Positions 1 to 8,989 are shown, counted from the stretch's first letter. The stretch: 44,031 nt of DNA from a virus (IMGVR_UViG_3300017912_001862:1-44031); one strand, 5' to 3'. A program made the numbers and translations. Notes: a model not told the origin generated them from the letters alone.

Positions 1-1168
1 GAATTGATCCGTCAGATTCATACTGGCGATAGAGATCATCGAACTCAGGAGTGCCAAAAGCGTCATACAAACCAGGAACGTCGTGTGGACTGAAGAGAGT
101 GATGTCTTCGTTGTTGATGAAACGTTCGTAAAAGAGTTTGCTGATTTGGATTGAGTAGTCAAGTTTTCTTACACGGTTATCTTCGGTCCCTTTATTGTTC
201 TTAAGAACAATAATATCTTCTATTTCTTGGTGCCAGATGGGGAAGTGTACTGTCGCTGATCCACCTCGGATGCCATTCTGTGTACAACATCTGACAGTTG
301 ACTCAAATATTGAGAGGAATAATACAACACCCGTGTAGGTAACTTCTCCCCCTCTCATCGTAGCGTTGATCCCGCTGATTCTACCTGCGTTGATGCCGAT
401 GCCAGCCCTTTGTGCAACATATCTCCCGATAGCCATATCAGAACTAAAGATGCTATCGAGGGTGTCATCAGAATCAACAAGAACACAGCTAGCAAACTGT
501 CGAAGCTGAGTTCTAACCCCTGCCATGATAGGCGTGGGGATGTTGATTTTGTGCTTGCTGATTGCGTCGTAGTATCTTTTGACATAATCGAGTCTAGTTG
601 CTAATGGATAATCAGCGAAGAGCACCAGGGAGATCATGATATACATGTACTGGGGAGTTTCATATAACTCCCCACCAGAACGATCTTGAACCAAATACTT
701 ATCAACTACTTGGCGTAGTCCAGCATATGTAAACAGGTAGTCACGATCATGATCAATCCAAGAATTAATCTTAACCCACTCCTCATCACTATATTTATCT
801 AGAATCTCTTCATCATATACTTTATTTACTGTCGCATTATAAAGTGCCACGTCATATACTGTAGGCATACCGTCTTTCCAGACGTTTTTATTAAAGACTT
901 GCTTACGAAGACCAAACAAAAGCAAACGAGCAGCAACAAACTGATAATTAGGGTTATCTAGGGTGATTAGATCACTAGCAGAACGAATCAAAATCTCCTG
1001 AATTTGATCAGTAGTAATGCCATCTTCAAATTGAATGCCAGAGTTCATCTCTACATGAGAAGCAGACACTCCAGCAAGTCCATTACATGCTTCGTCAACC
1101 ATCTTATGAACCTTATCAAGGTTCAACGGTTCGATTGAACCATCTCGCTTTTTAACGTTGATGCTCAT
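1..1168 (-). CDS. nrdA: Class Ia ribonucleotide reductase alpha subunit with N-terminal ATP cone; 5' part only, runs off the window
   Basis: Manual translation from ATG at 1168 is open to position 2: MSINVKKRDGSIEPLNLDKV..ETPQYMY..PTPIMAGVRT..FASCVL..AQRAGIGINAG..CCTQNGIRGGSAT. ATGA overlap with the primase stop. Absent from the ORF track, presumably because it has no stop in the window. Confidence 0.97.
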   Translation of the reverse strand, partial: MSINVKKRDGSIEPLNLDKVHKMVDEACNGLAGVSASHVEMNSGIQFEDGITTDQIQEILIRSASDLITLDNPNYQFVAARLLLFGLRKQVFNKNVWKDGMPTVYDVALYNATVNKVYDEEILDKYSDEEWVKINSWIDHDRDYLFTYAGLRQVVDKYLVQDRSGGELYETPQYMYIMISLVLFADYPLATRLDYVKRYYDAISKHKINIPTPIMAGVRTQLRQFASCVLVDSDDTLDSIFSSDMAIGRYVAQRAGIGINAGRISGINATMRGGEVTYTGVVLFLSIFESTVRCCTQNGIRGGSATVHFPIWHQEIEDIIVLKNNKGTEDNRVRKLDYSIQISKLFYERFINNEDITLFSPHDVPGLYDAFGTPEFDDLYRQYESDGSI

Positions 1169-2154
1169 ACTTTTTTCCATTCGTTCAGTTTAAGTTGTGC
1201 TTCTAGTCCGCTGTAAGTATTCGATTCTACCAGAGATTGTACATCATGTCCAGCGAGTGCCATGTCGTTCAAGTCTTTCTCTTTAATAGATTTTGGGAAG
1301 ATGACTACCTTGTCTCCTCTCTTAATCGTAGCCTCAATTCTAGCAACGATCTCTCTGCTTCGTGGTTCGTTGTCGAAGGCGTATACGAACTGATAATCAA
1401 AAGAGCGGAGGTCAACATCGCTACCACACATAGCAATAGCATTGGTAAGGAAATGACTGTCGAAGGGTCCTTCTGTGACATATACAGGTAGCGATGAATC
1501 AACACGATCTAACCCATACACCTTGGGTTTAGATTCGTCCAACATAATTGTGATGTATCTGATCTTTGCTTTGGGAGCAAGAGATCTTCCCTGGTAACCA
1601 AACATGTTACCATCTTTATCCTTGAGTGGGATAATTATTCTGGCACTATCTTGACGAAGAGTATCAAATGTTTTCTTCTGTCTATTAGTCCAGTCCTTAA
1701 ATTTAGGACAGTAATAAAATAATTCTAACTCTTCAATTTTTCGTTGCTCAAGATATTGTCTTGCTGGGTGTCCTTTATTTAGCTCAGAAATGGGTGTAAG
1801 ATTAACTACATCAGAATTTTTAAATACAGGAGTTTTAAAGTCAAATTTAGGTTCGGCAGTTTGACTTCCTTTCCCAGTAAGTCCTTCCTTATATCTCTCC
1901 ATAACATACTGATCATGGAGCATGGGACTTTGATCTTTCAAGAAGTTAGTAAGTGTCCTGCCTACACCACAATTGTGGCACTTGAATACATAATCATTCT
2001 TAATCTGAAAGAAATATCCACGAGCTTTATTTTTATACTTCTTAGAATCTCCACAGTAAGGGCAACGAAAGTTATAAGTACGATCGTTTTTTCTTACAAA
2101 TTTATTAAGAAGTGGAGATACAAGATTAATATACTTAGTATCAAGAAAGCTCAC
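1165..2154 (-). CDS. gp61: DNA primase (T4 gp61)
   Basis: Zn ribbon CPYCGDS...CHNCG; TOPRIM motifs VTEGPFDS and FDNEPR. Confidence 0.95.
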   Translation of the reverse strand: MSFLDTKYINLVSPLLNKFVRKNDRTYNFRCPYCGDSKKYKNKARGYFFQIKNDYVFKCHNCGVGRTLTNFLKDQSPMLHDQYVMERYKEGLTGKGSQTAEPKFDFKTPVFKNSDVVNLTPISELNKGHPARQYLEQRKIEELELFYYCPKFKDWTNRQKKTFDTLRQDSARIIIPLKDKDGNMFGYQGRSLAPKAKIRYITIMLDESKPKVYGLDRVDSSLPVYVTEGPFDSHFLTNAIAMCGSDVDLRSFDYQFVYAFDNEPRSREIVARIEATIKRGDKVVIFPKSIKEKDLNDMALAGHDVQSLVESNTYSGLEAQLKLNEWKKV

Positions 2155-2575
2155 GAATAATAGATTCTGCTGGAAGCAGCATAGCAGAAGAACCCTGTGG
2201 TGTCAAGACTTTGATGATAGGTGGGACCACTTGTAACACTGCCACAAGGGTGGCAAGCACAGCACCAGCACCGATCACAAACTTAGCATTAGTGTCTACT
2301 TTCTTCTGAACAGCAGTAATTCTACTGTGGATAGTTTCTGTATCTTTATCGTGTCGTTCTTTCAACTCCTCAAGCATATTGAGGATCAACTTGTCGGCAC
2401 GTTCGCTTTCATCTAGGCGTCCTTCATGGCGCTCCAAAATAATAGCAATCTTATTACTGTTTTCTGAGATAGTCCCGACTGCCTTTTCAAGCTTGTCGAG
2501 CATCTCTTTTGATAGGTCTTCATAAATATCGAGTTTGCTTTCAAGGACCGCTATTTTACCAAGACCGAACGCCAT
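2141..2575 (-). CDS. Hypothetical coiled-coil protein with C-terminal transmembrane helix
   Basis: Heptad-rich N-terminal region, then FVIGAGAVLATLVAVLQVV. Confidence 0.7.
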   Translation of the reverse strand: MAFGLGKIAVLESKLDIYEDLSKEMLDKLEKAVGTISENSNKIAIILERHEGRLDESERADKLILNMLEELKERHDKDTETIHSRITAVQKKVDTNAKFVIGAGAVLATLVAVLQVVPPIIKVLTPQGSSAMLLPAESIIRELS

Positions 2576-2576
2576 G

Positions 2577-3284
2577 TTAGTTATTCCTAATAGCGAAATC
2601 TAAAGCAGATTGATAAGTGGCAGCGTCTTTGTTAAGCATGTAACGAAACTGCTGTTGCTTGGGTTCATCCAACTGAGCATAGGTAGCAGCGATACGCTTA
2701 GCAGAGAAACTGTCTAGGTTCTGCTGGGTTCCATCACCAAAAGTAATCTTAGCAAAGGAAGTTTCCCCATTAGGATTTAGTTCTGAAGTAGCAACATTCA
2801 AAGCAACTTCAAGAGCATCAGTAGTTTCAATAATCATAGTGTTGTCCATGGTAATTTCTTCTTTCTTCAATTTCTTAGTTTGGTCACTTGCTTTCTTTTT
2901 GAAATCAGAAAGACGTGCCTTCATAAGTGTGTCCATTTCTTTGGACTTGTTTTGCATCTTCTTCTTAGCGTCATCACGCTTCTTCTGAAGATCCTTAGCA
3001 CGGTTCAGTTTTTTCATCTGACCGATTTGCTTTTGTGCTCTCTCAGTTTCTGAGGGCACAGCTTCAGAAATAATTGTTTCTTCTACTTGTTCTTTCATTT
3101 TCTTACGTTTTGTGATACGAGAGAGCATAGATTTGGCACCTTTAGTTCTTCCGTCTACTTTATCAGAATTTTTATAAGTCCTTTTCTTTTTAGTATTAAC
3201 AAATACAAAAGCAGGTGGAAGTGAAAGACCGCTACCATCTCCTGCCATCATTTCATTTAAATTAGATTCAGTGACTTTAGACAT
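2577..3284 (-). CDS. Lys-rich hypothetical protein, probable internal head/core protein
   Basis: 235-aa ORF with basic blocks and (I/L)xE sites (LNE, ISE, IIE) resembling T4 gp21 protease sites. Confidence 0.6.
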   Translation of the reverse strand: MSKVTESNLNEMMAGDGSGLSLPPAFVFVNTKKKRTYKNSDKVDGRTKGAKSMLSRITKRKKMKEQVEETIISEAVPSETERAQKQIGQMKKLNRAKDLQKKRDDAKKKMQNKSKEMDTLMKARLSDFKKKASDQTKKLKKEEITMDNTMIIETTDALEVALNVATSELNPNGETSFAKITFGDGTQQNLDSFSAKRIAATYAQLDEPKQQQFRYMLNKDAATYQSALDFAIRNN

Positions 3285-3613
3285 TCTTCATCAACATCGA
3301 CGTTTAAACTTTCGGGCAACCTATTCAAAAAGAGCATGAATGCTTTTAATATAGGCCAGTACGTCGCTTCTATTTTATAAAATAGAATTGGCGTAGCAGC
3401 GTCATCAAATACATTATACATCACAATAATATGATTTAAAATCAAATGTGTTTTTAATTCACCCGCCGTCTGATGACGACGGAGTAATCTTTTGATGTAC
3501 TTAATTCTATTTAGATCTTCTTCAAAGTCAGCATATGTAACTGATGTAGGATTATCATAATGTTTAATAGCAAACATTACCCAGTTTTCATGGGTCAATT
3601 CATCAAATAACAT
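3257..3613 (-). CDS. Conserved T4-like phage hypothetical protein
   Basis: 118 aa; motifs FAIKHYDNP, FEEDLNRIKYIKRL and LILNHIIVMYNVF, which I recognise from T4-like phages. Confidence 0.8.
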   Translation of the reverse strand: MLFDELTHENWVMFAIKHYDNPTSVTYADFEEDLNRIKYIKRLLRRHQTAGELKTHLILNHIIVMYNVFDDAATPILFYKIEATYWPILKAFMLFLNRLPESLNVDVDEECLKSLNLI

Positions 3614-3619
3614 CCCCTA

Positions 3620-4198
3620 TCACTCGGCAGTTGTTACAACAGCGATATCAGAAATGACTTCCTTGGCACCATTGGTAGAAGTGAGTTTGACTCTGTAAGA
3701 ACCAGCGTCTGCCTCGGCATAAGTAGCAACATCATATGTAGGTTGATCAAGACCAATGTTGACCCAACGTCTACCAGACTTCTTCTGCCACTGATAGGTG
3801 AGAACGGAAGCATCTCCAGGAGGAGTGGCGATAGCGTCAACCGACAAGGCGAGTGGATCACCAACAGTAACTGCCTGAGTAGTAGGTGAACTGTTAATGG
3901 TAATGAGGACTTCTAGGTCAGCGGCAAGAGAATCATCCGCCTGGGTTTCATTATCATTAGTGTCACCGCCAGCAATGAATACTAGTTGCTCTGCTTTGTG
4001 ACGGGTGTTACCACTTACATCAGTAAAGGTGTAATAAGACCACCAACCAGGAGCATTAAGACCACGCTCCTTGTTTGCTTCTAGTGCTGCCTCAGTTTCA
4101 TCGATGTAAATAATTTCTTTTGCTTGGGACGAAGGCGATACACCACGACCAGCTTTGGCCTTGTTGTCATCGCTGTCCGTTCTTCCGTAAAGGGACAT
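3620..4198 (-). CDS. Probable virion protein with C-terminal Ig-like (Hoc-like) domain
   Basis: VTVGDPLALSV..LTYQWQK..ADAGSYRVKLT Ig pattern; late promoter upstream. Confidence 0.7.
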   Translation of the reverse strand: MSLYGRTDSDDNKAKAGRGVSPSSQAKEIIYIDETEAALEANKERGLNAPGWWSYYTFTDVSGNTRHKAEQLVFIAGGDTNDNETQADDSLAADLEVLITINSSPTTQAVTVGDPLALSVDAIATPPGDASVLTYQWQKKSGRRWVNIGLDQPTYDVATYAEADAGSYRVKLTSTNGAKEVISDIAVVTTAE

Positions 4199-4229
4199 TG
4201 GATCTCCAGGGGACTACTTTTCTATTATG

Positions 4230-4237
4230 TATTTATA
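4230..4237 (-). promoter_or_regulatory. T4-type late promoter TATAAATA
   Basis: Exact consensus about 30 nt upstream of the ATG at 4198. Confidence 0.8.
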
Positions 4238-4261
4238 AAAAAAGGGGACCTTAGTCCCCTT
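4237..4261 (-). terminator. Rho-independent terminator
   Basis: AAGGGGAC-TAAG-GTCCCCTT followed by a T run. Confidence 0.85.
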
Positions 4262-4271
4262 GATTTATTAT

Positions 4272-4508
4272 TCATTCTCCTGCTTCTTCCGCTACTTCAG
4301 CAGCAGGGTTATCTTCTCTAGCGAGAATTGCCTTCTCAACTACAGCAAGAAGTTCATCATCCATGGTAGTCTTGGTTAAAGAAACAGCTTTCTTAAGGAT
4401 AACTAAGCAAAGTTCAACTAGTTTTTCACCGAGTTCTTCATTATCAGGAATTTTAGCAACAGCATCACTTACAATTTTGGATGCTAGTGGGAGTAGAAAG
4501 GAGAGCAT
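4272..4508 (-). CDS. Small hypothetical protein
   Basis: 78-aa ORF; AATAAATA late-promoter-like motif at 4533-4540. Confidence 0.7.
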   Translation of the reverse strand: MLSFLLPLASKIVSDAVAKIPDNEELGEKLVELCLVILKKAVSLTKTTMDDELLAVVEKAILAREDNPAAEVAEEAGE

Positions 4509-4531
4509 GATCTTAGGGCATAGTGCATGAA

Positions 4532-4789
4532 CTATTTATTCTTGTTCTTATGTTTCCAAGCGGTAGCGTATGCAATTCCTTCTTTTTCTTTAGGATAGTT
4601 CTTCTTAATATGCTTCACCATCCTTTCATACTTTTTTCCAGGGGGCGCTACCTCCTCCAAGTCAACAGATTCTTTTTGTTGGGAAGTAAGAGCTTTGAGA
4701 ATATACTTTTTAGTTTTCTTCTTCTCGTCTTTATCTTTAGGGGCACCGTCTTCAATGCTAGGCATTACTTCGACAGATGCCGACTTCAC
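4532..4789 (-). CDS. Basic hypothetical protein; possibly the -1 frameshift extension of the upstream ORF
   Basis: 85 aa from a GTG overlapping the upstream TGA; C-terminal IAYATAWK motif. Confidence 0.7.
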   Translation of the reverse strand: MKSASVEVMPSIEDGAPKDKDEKKKTKKYILKALTSQQKESVDLEEVAPPGKKYERMVKHIKKNYPKEKEGIAYATAWKHKNKNK

Positions 4790-4815
4790 TTTTTTCCCTG
4801 AATTTCTGCCTCCTC
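4742..4815 (-). other. Candidate -1 programmed ribosomal frameshift signal
   Basis: GAGGAGG (4815-4809), 13 nt, in-frame A_AAA_AAG (4795-4789), 7 nt, stem-loop (4781-4742). Confidence 0.65.
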
Positions 4816-5577
4816 TTTCATCTTTTTCTTAGCGGCGATGGCAGCACCCACTTTCTTACGACGTGCTAGGAGATACTTGTCAGACTTATCGTGGTCACCA
4901 TCGTTATCGATGTCCTTGTCTTCCTTGCCAACGGGATCGAGTTTCTTCTCAGTGATCTCTTCACCTTCTGGTTCAAATCCTGCCTTGACACAGTTGTCAA
5001 CAGTCTTGCCACCCTTCTTCTTAGTGCCCATGCGCTTGTAACCTTTCCAGCAAGCTTTGCCGTCAAGACCTTGTTCCTTACCTTCAGCATTCTTCTTCTC
5101 GAAGATAAATGTCTCGCCATTAAGTTCAAACTCAACAGTCTCTTTCTTCATATCCTTCTTATCTTCCTTCTCACAGCGGGAGCACCCTTTCCCTCCACAG
5201 TAAGAGCAAGTGTCACACGACTCTTTCGTAACCACCTTCGTGGTGTCTCTAATCTCTGCTCCATGTGACTGTTTAATACCAGTACCAACACGTAGATTAG
5301 TGGCGGGGTCAGGAGCGCCAGCGTTTGCTGAAATATCCTTGGAACCTTCATCACTCTTTTCCTCCTTACCAGAAAGATCGGGGATAGATGTTGAAGAGTC
5401 AGCGCCACCTTCTCTAGCAGGAGACTCAGGTCCCTGCTTTTGCTCAGCAGGAATACCTTCCTCGACAAGATGCTGACCAAAACCACCGCCGCTCATCCAG
5501 CGACCATACGATTCGATGAGAGCTTTAGAGAAATCATCGTTATGTTTGATATCAGTCGTTGGTTTTTGACGTTCCAT
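4786..5577 (-). CDS. Modular late protein, probable internal head protein
   Basis: 263 aa; CxxCxxCxGxGCxxC, KACWKGY..DNCVK and DIDNDGD modules; TATAAATA at 5608-5615. Confidence 0.7.
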   Translation of the reverse strand: MERQKPTTDIKHNDDFSKALIESYGRWMSGGGFGQHLVEEGIPAEQKQGPESPAREGGADSSTSIPDLSGKEEKSDEGSKDISANAGAPDPATNLRVGTGIKQSHGAEIRDTTKVVTKESCDTCSYCGGKGCSRCEKEDKKDMKKETVEFELNGETFIFEKKNAEGKEQGLDGKACWKGYKRMGTKKKGGKTVDNCVKAGFEPEGEEITEKKLDPVGKEDKDIDNDGDHDKSDKYLLARRKKVGAAIAAKKKMKEEAEIQGKK

Positions 5578-5824
5578 TATTTGTAAAGATACTACTTTTC
5601 CTTTCTTTATTTATAGTCTCTTGTACTTCACGTATGTCACATACCCAGGCACGAAACATTGTACCACTCTCAGTAACAGCAATAACATAGTTAGGTCCAG
5701 CACGATGTACTCTACCCTTCTCCCCCGTATTAGTATTGAAAACCAAATCTCCTGGTTGATAAACTTCTTTCAACCTAAAGCGTTGTTGGTCTGCTGTTTT
5801 TTTAATATCTCTAAAATCTTTCAT
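5552..5824 (-). CDS. Small SH3/KOW-like hypothetical protein
   Basis: YQPGDLVFNTNTGEKGRVHRAGPNYVI pattern; ATGA-coupled to the nucleotidyltransferase. Confidence 0.65.
   Translation of the reverse strand: MKDFRDIKKTADQQRFRLKEVYQPGDLVFNTNTGEKGRVHRAGPNYVIAVTESGTMFRAWVCDIREVQETINKERKSSIFTNNGTSKTND
5608..5615 (-). promoter_or_regulatory. Late promoter TATAAATA inside the upstream ORF
   Basis: Exact consensus 30 nt upstream of the ATG at 5577. Confidence 0.75.
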
Positions 5825-6372
5825 TTAATACCCATTGCTTTTCGGACTTCCATAAACAATTCCATCTTCTGTTCGATGTTCAATGTATCTGGAATACCAG
5901 TTTGAAAAGAAACAAAGTCTGCTTCTGCCGCTGCTTTTCTCATCTTACTTGCTGACATACCAGCGGCACCATCAGCATCGGGATCACGATCACCAGCAGA
6001 AACTACATCAATGTTTCGGAAAGTATACTCAATACCATTATACTTTGTCAACATACCAGTAAATGAAGGTACACGATCACTTCCCACTACCATAGTAATA
6101 TCTTCATAAGTTCCTTGTAAATGCTGTAGCACATGAATAGGTGTTTTGATATCAGTATTATATTGAATATTATTGGCATGTTTTGGAAACATCATCTTCA
6201 TGTACTTTACTTTCACATCAGACTTAAGAGGATTCTTCTTCTTATCCAGTGAGTGACTGGTAAAAACAAGGTAGTCGTCCCGTCCAGCTTGCTTAGCAAC
6301 TGCTTGGATCAACTTCTCATGTCCAATAGTAGGAGGATTAAACCTACCAAAAGTAAAGACTGCTCTGCTCAT
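5821..6372 (-). CDS. HIGH-superfamily nucleotidyltransferase (cytidylyltransferase/NadD/PPAT-like)
   Basis: FTFGRFNPPTIGH, VVGSDR and GMSASKMR motifs. Confidence 0.88.
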   Translation of the reverse strand: MSRAVFTFGRFNPPTIGHEKLIQAVAKQAGRDDYLVFTSHSLDKKKNPLKSDVKVKYMKMMFPKHANNIQYNTDIKTPIHVLQHLQGTYEDITMVVGSDRVPSFTGMLTKYNGIEYTFRNIDVVSAGDRDPDADGAAGMSASKMRKAAAEADFVSFQTGIPDTLNIEQKMELFMEVRKAMGIK

Positions 6373-7580
6373 TTCCCGTCAACCCAATCCTTTGATACGT
6401 TGAAGTTAGCAACACTGAACTGTAAACGATCCACCAGTTTGACTGCCGTAGAGTCTTCTTGGATAGCAACATATCCTTCTGGAGCGGTCACCTTGTAACC
6501 ATTTTCACTTCTCAGATAGGTACGAATCTTCTCACCCTTCTCAAGTTTACGAATAAAAAGCAGTTTAGCTTGCTGTAATGTAGTATATAGACCTACTGTT
6601 TTAAGAAGAGCAGTCTCATTTGCTTCAATAAAATCCATGCCATCATACAGTTTTTTCAGTTTACCTGCTTTTGCTTTTGGTGTCTTAACTTTATCCACCG
6701 CCTTCTTCACTTCCCCCTCAAAATACTCTTTAAAATCACGTACAAAGTTAGAAGCACTACTAACTCGTCGTCCCTGTCTGACATACGTGTTGAAATAGAT
6801 CTTGAGTCGTGGTCCTACAGTTAACTGATCGTTTGCTTCGATCTGTTCTGCTACACTATCTAGAAATGATGCTGATTGATTTACCAGAGTAGTAGATGCT
6901 CTCTTCATACTCTTTAACTTATCAACTTCTTGCTTGGTAAGGAGTACATCTTTACCAAGTTGATCCGTCTCGGCACTGAGTACAAGCACATCGTCTGATG
7001 TTTTGAGTTGATTTATATCGTAACCAAAAGTAGCAGACAGAGAATCAACACTGTTCCCTCTATACGTTGTGTGAAAGACAACTCCGATCTTGGCCTTATT
7101 TGCCTTCTCATAGAGAGCAGAGGACTCTGGTATAGAATATGTAATCGTGTTAGGAGTGAAAGTAATACACCTTTCTCCGTTAATTGTTTCATACTTCTTG
7201 TCATCTGTAAACAGAAGATCACCCTGTGCTACCCCATTGATACCGAGGTCTGGAAAATATTTCAGGGCATCTTTCAGTTTAGAAACAAGACCAGGAGCAT
7301 GACCATGATTTACATCAACGTCAGTGTCTCTAAAATTAATCTTAGCATTTTTGTTGAACACAGACTTGGTGCCTACAAAAAATCTTTTGGTGCCTGGATA
7401 CATGCCACAAAAAATAGCGGGGGCACCATCCCACTTAGTGGTAATTTTAAATGTATTCCTTTGTTTGCCACTGAATGTCTGGGCAAGTTCATCCAAAAAC
7501 ATAAAAGCATCTTTTGCTCCTTGACTACCGTCAAAGAGGATGCTGTCTTCTAAGTGTTCAAGGTGAGTGTTCTTAGACAT
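6369..7580 (-). CDS. Conserved cyanophage protein with ligase/covalent-nucleotidyltransferase-like motifs
   Basis: TTKWDGAP (KxDG), AQGDLLF, PEGYVA and VKLVDR in ligase motif order. Confidence 0.7.
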   Translation of the reverse strand: MSKNTHLEHLEDSILFDGSQGAKDAFMFLDELAQTFSGKQRNTFKITTKWDGAPAIFCGMYPGTKRFFVGTKSVFNKNAKINFRDTDVDVNHGHAPGLVSKLKDALKYFPDLGINGVAQGDLLFTDDKKYETINGERCITFTPNTITYSIPESSALYEKANKAKIGVVFHTTYRGNSVDSLSATFGYDINQLKTSDDVLVLSAETDQLGKDVLLTKQEVDKLKSMKRASTTLVNQSASFLDSVAEQIEANDQLTVGPRLKIYFNTYVRQGRRVSSASNFVRDFKEYFEGEVKKAVDKVKTPKAKAGKLKKLYDGMDFIEANETALLKTVGLYTTLQQAKLLFIRKLEKGEKIRTYLRSENGYKVTAPEGYVAIQEDSTAVKLVDRLQFSVANFNVSKDWVDGK

Positions 7581-8989
7581 CAGTAAAGTTTTCCAAATGG
7601 ACCGAAACGTTCGCCCTTCTTCTGAGCGAGGAATGTCATGTCAGTCATGAACTTATTACGTTCCTCTGGTTCCATGCCGACTAGCATATGTAGGAACTTA
7701 AGTTGCATCAATTTAGAATTAGCGACGTGAGCAGTTGCTGGATTGCCAATAACAACATCGATGTTGTTGAGAGCAGCATCATCATCAACCTCTGTCTCGA
7801 CTCCCTTCTGTCTCAGTGTCTTGATTATTGTAGCATAGTCATCCCGTACCTTGGCGAAGTCCGTCAGACTCTTTGGATACTGTCCATTCTTATTGTCATA
7901 CCTGACCCTATAGTCGATCAATAATTTTTGTACCATGTCAACTGGTGCCTTGCCGAGACGAGCAGCTGCCTGTCCTTTTGCTGTTGGTTCCCACTTCAGG
8001 TTAGAGAACCCAGCACTATCATTTGCTTTAATCTGAAAATTATATGTGGTAGTTTCCGAGTCAACAAAAACTCTAGAGTCTTGTGTACCAAAAGATGTTC
8101 TACCTTTCTTATCTTTACCCAAAGAAAGATCACATTTCATACTACTAATTTCGTAGTACATTTGTTTGTATGATTCAAAATCTGCCTTACTTAAATTGAC
8201 TTTTTCAAAGTAGGCTTCTTTACCAGAAATTTTCTTTAGTGACACACCAACAACAATCTCATCATGAAACAACTGTCGAAGAATAGCATTCAACTCTTCC
8301 AAAGTTTGTGTGCTACCACCATCAACTAAGCCCTGAATCATTTTGATTGTTTTGTTTTGATCCTTGATCAACCAAATATCAGCAGGGTTCCAGTTATCTT
8401 TTTTAGAAATTTGATATTTGGTTCTAACTAACTTAGTAATCCAATCCATGAATCCACCATCACGGATAAATTGTGTGAATCTAGGATTAGAATACTCAAC
8501 CAGCATTCTCTTCTGCTGCTTGTAATAATCATCTAACCAAGAATCATCCCAAGCAATATTTTCTTTTTTCCAAATAGTCAGAAGTGCCCTATATGCTTGG
8601 GTATCTTTTCTGATATCATCAGCAGAACTATATCTTTTATTGTTTTTTAATACACGCTGTAGTATGTAAGCAGATCCTCTTTCTTGTACAGCAGTTGTCT
8701 TGGCATCTGCTCCACCACCAGTGCCAGCAGCTTTTATATTATCTTTCGATAATTTAGTAACAAGAATAGTTCCCTTTGGTTTGCTGGTAGGAACTATCAT
8801 AGAACTACCTTTAGTAAATAGAGCATAAAACTCCTGGAAGGTATCAACACCAGACCACCTAGTATCTTTACTATCAATAACAACAGAACTTCCAGTTTCC
8901 GTGACAAAGGGAACATTATTCTTTATTTTATCTAGAAAGACAGGCCAATACTTATCTTTTTTAAGTTCGTCCTTTGTTATTTTTGCCAT
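7580..8989 (-). CDS. Hypothetical protein, PD-(D/E)XK-like nuclease candidate
   Basis: QERG...WNPADIWLIK...VGVSLKK; CTAAATA late-promoter-like motif at 9008-9014 and GGGGAGG SD. Confidence 0.6.
   Translation of the reverse strand: MAKITKDELKKDKYWPVFLDKIKNNVPFVTETGSSVVIDSKDTRWSGVDTFQEFYALFTKGSSMIVPTSKPKGTILVTKLSKDNIKAAGTGGGADAKTTAVQERGSAYILQRVLKNNKRYSSADDIRKDTQAYRALLTIWKKENIAWDDSWLDDYYKQQKRMLVEYSNPRFTQFIRDGGFMDWITKLVRTKYQISKKDNWNPADIWLIKDQNKTIKMIQGLVDGGSTQTLEELNAILRQLFHDEIVVGVSLKKISGKEAYFEKVNLSKADFESYKQMYYEISSMKCDLSLGKDKKGRTSFGTQDSRVFVDSETTTYNFQIKANDSAGFSNLKWEPTAKGQAAARLGKAPVDMVQKLLIDYRVRYDNKNGQYPKSLTDFAKVRDDYATIIKTLRQKGVETEVDDDAALNNIDVVIGNPATAHVANSKLMQLKFLHMLVGMEPEERNKFMTDMTFLAQKKGERFGPFGKLY

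Noticed and set aside
355-604. ORFs 355-585 (-) and 410-604 (+)
   Set aside because: Alternative frames inside nrdA, whose own frame I checked as open from 1168 to 2, so nrdA is not a pseudogene
5815-5830. Frameshift joining the nucleotidyltransferase and the KOW-like ORF
   Set aside because: No slippery heptamer; an ordinary ATGA translational coupling explains the junction
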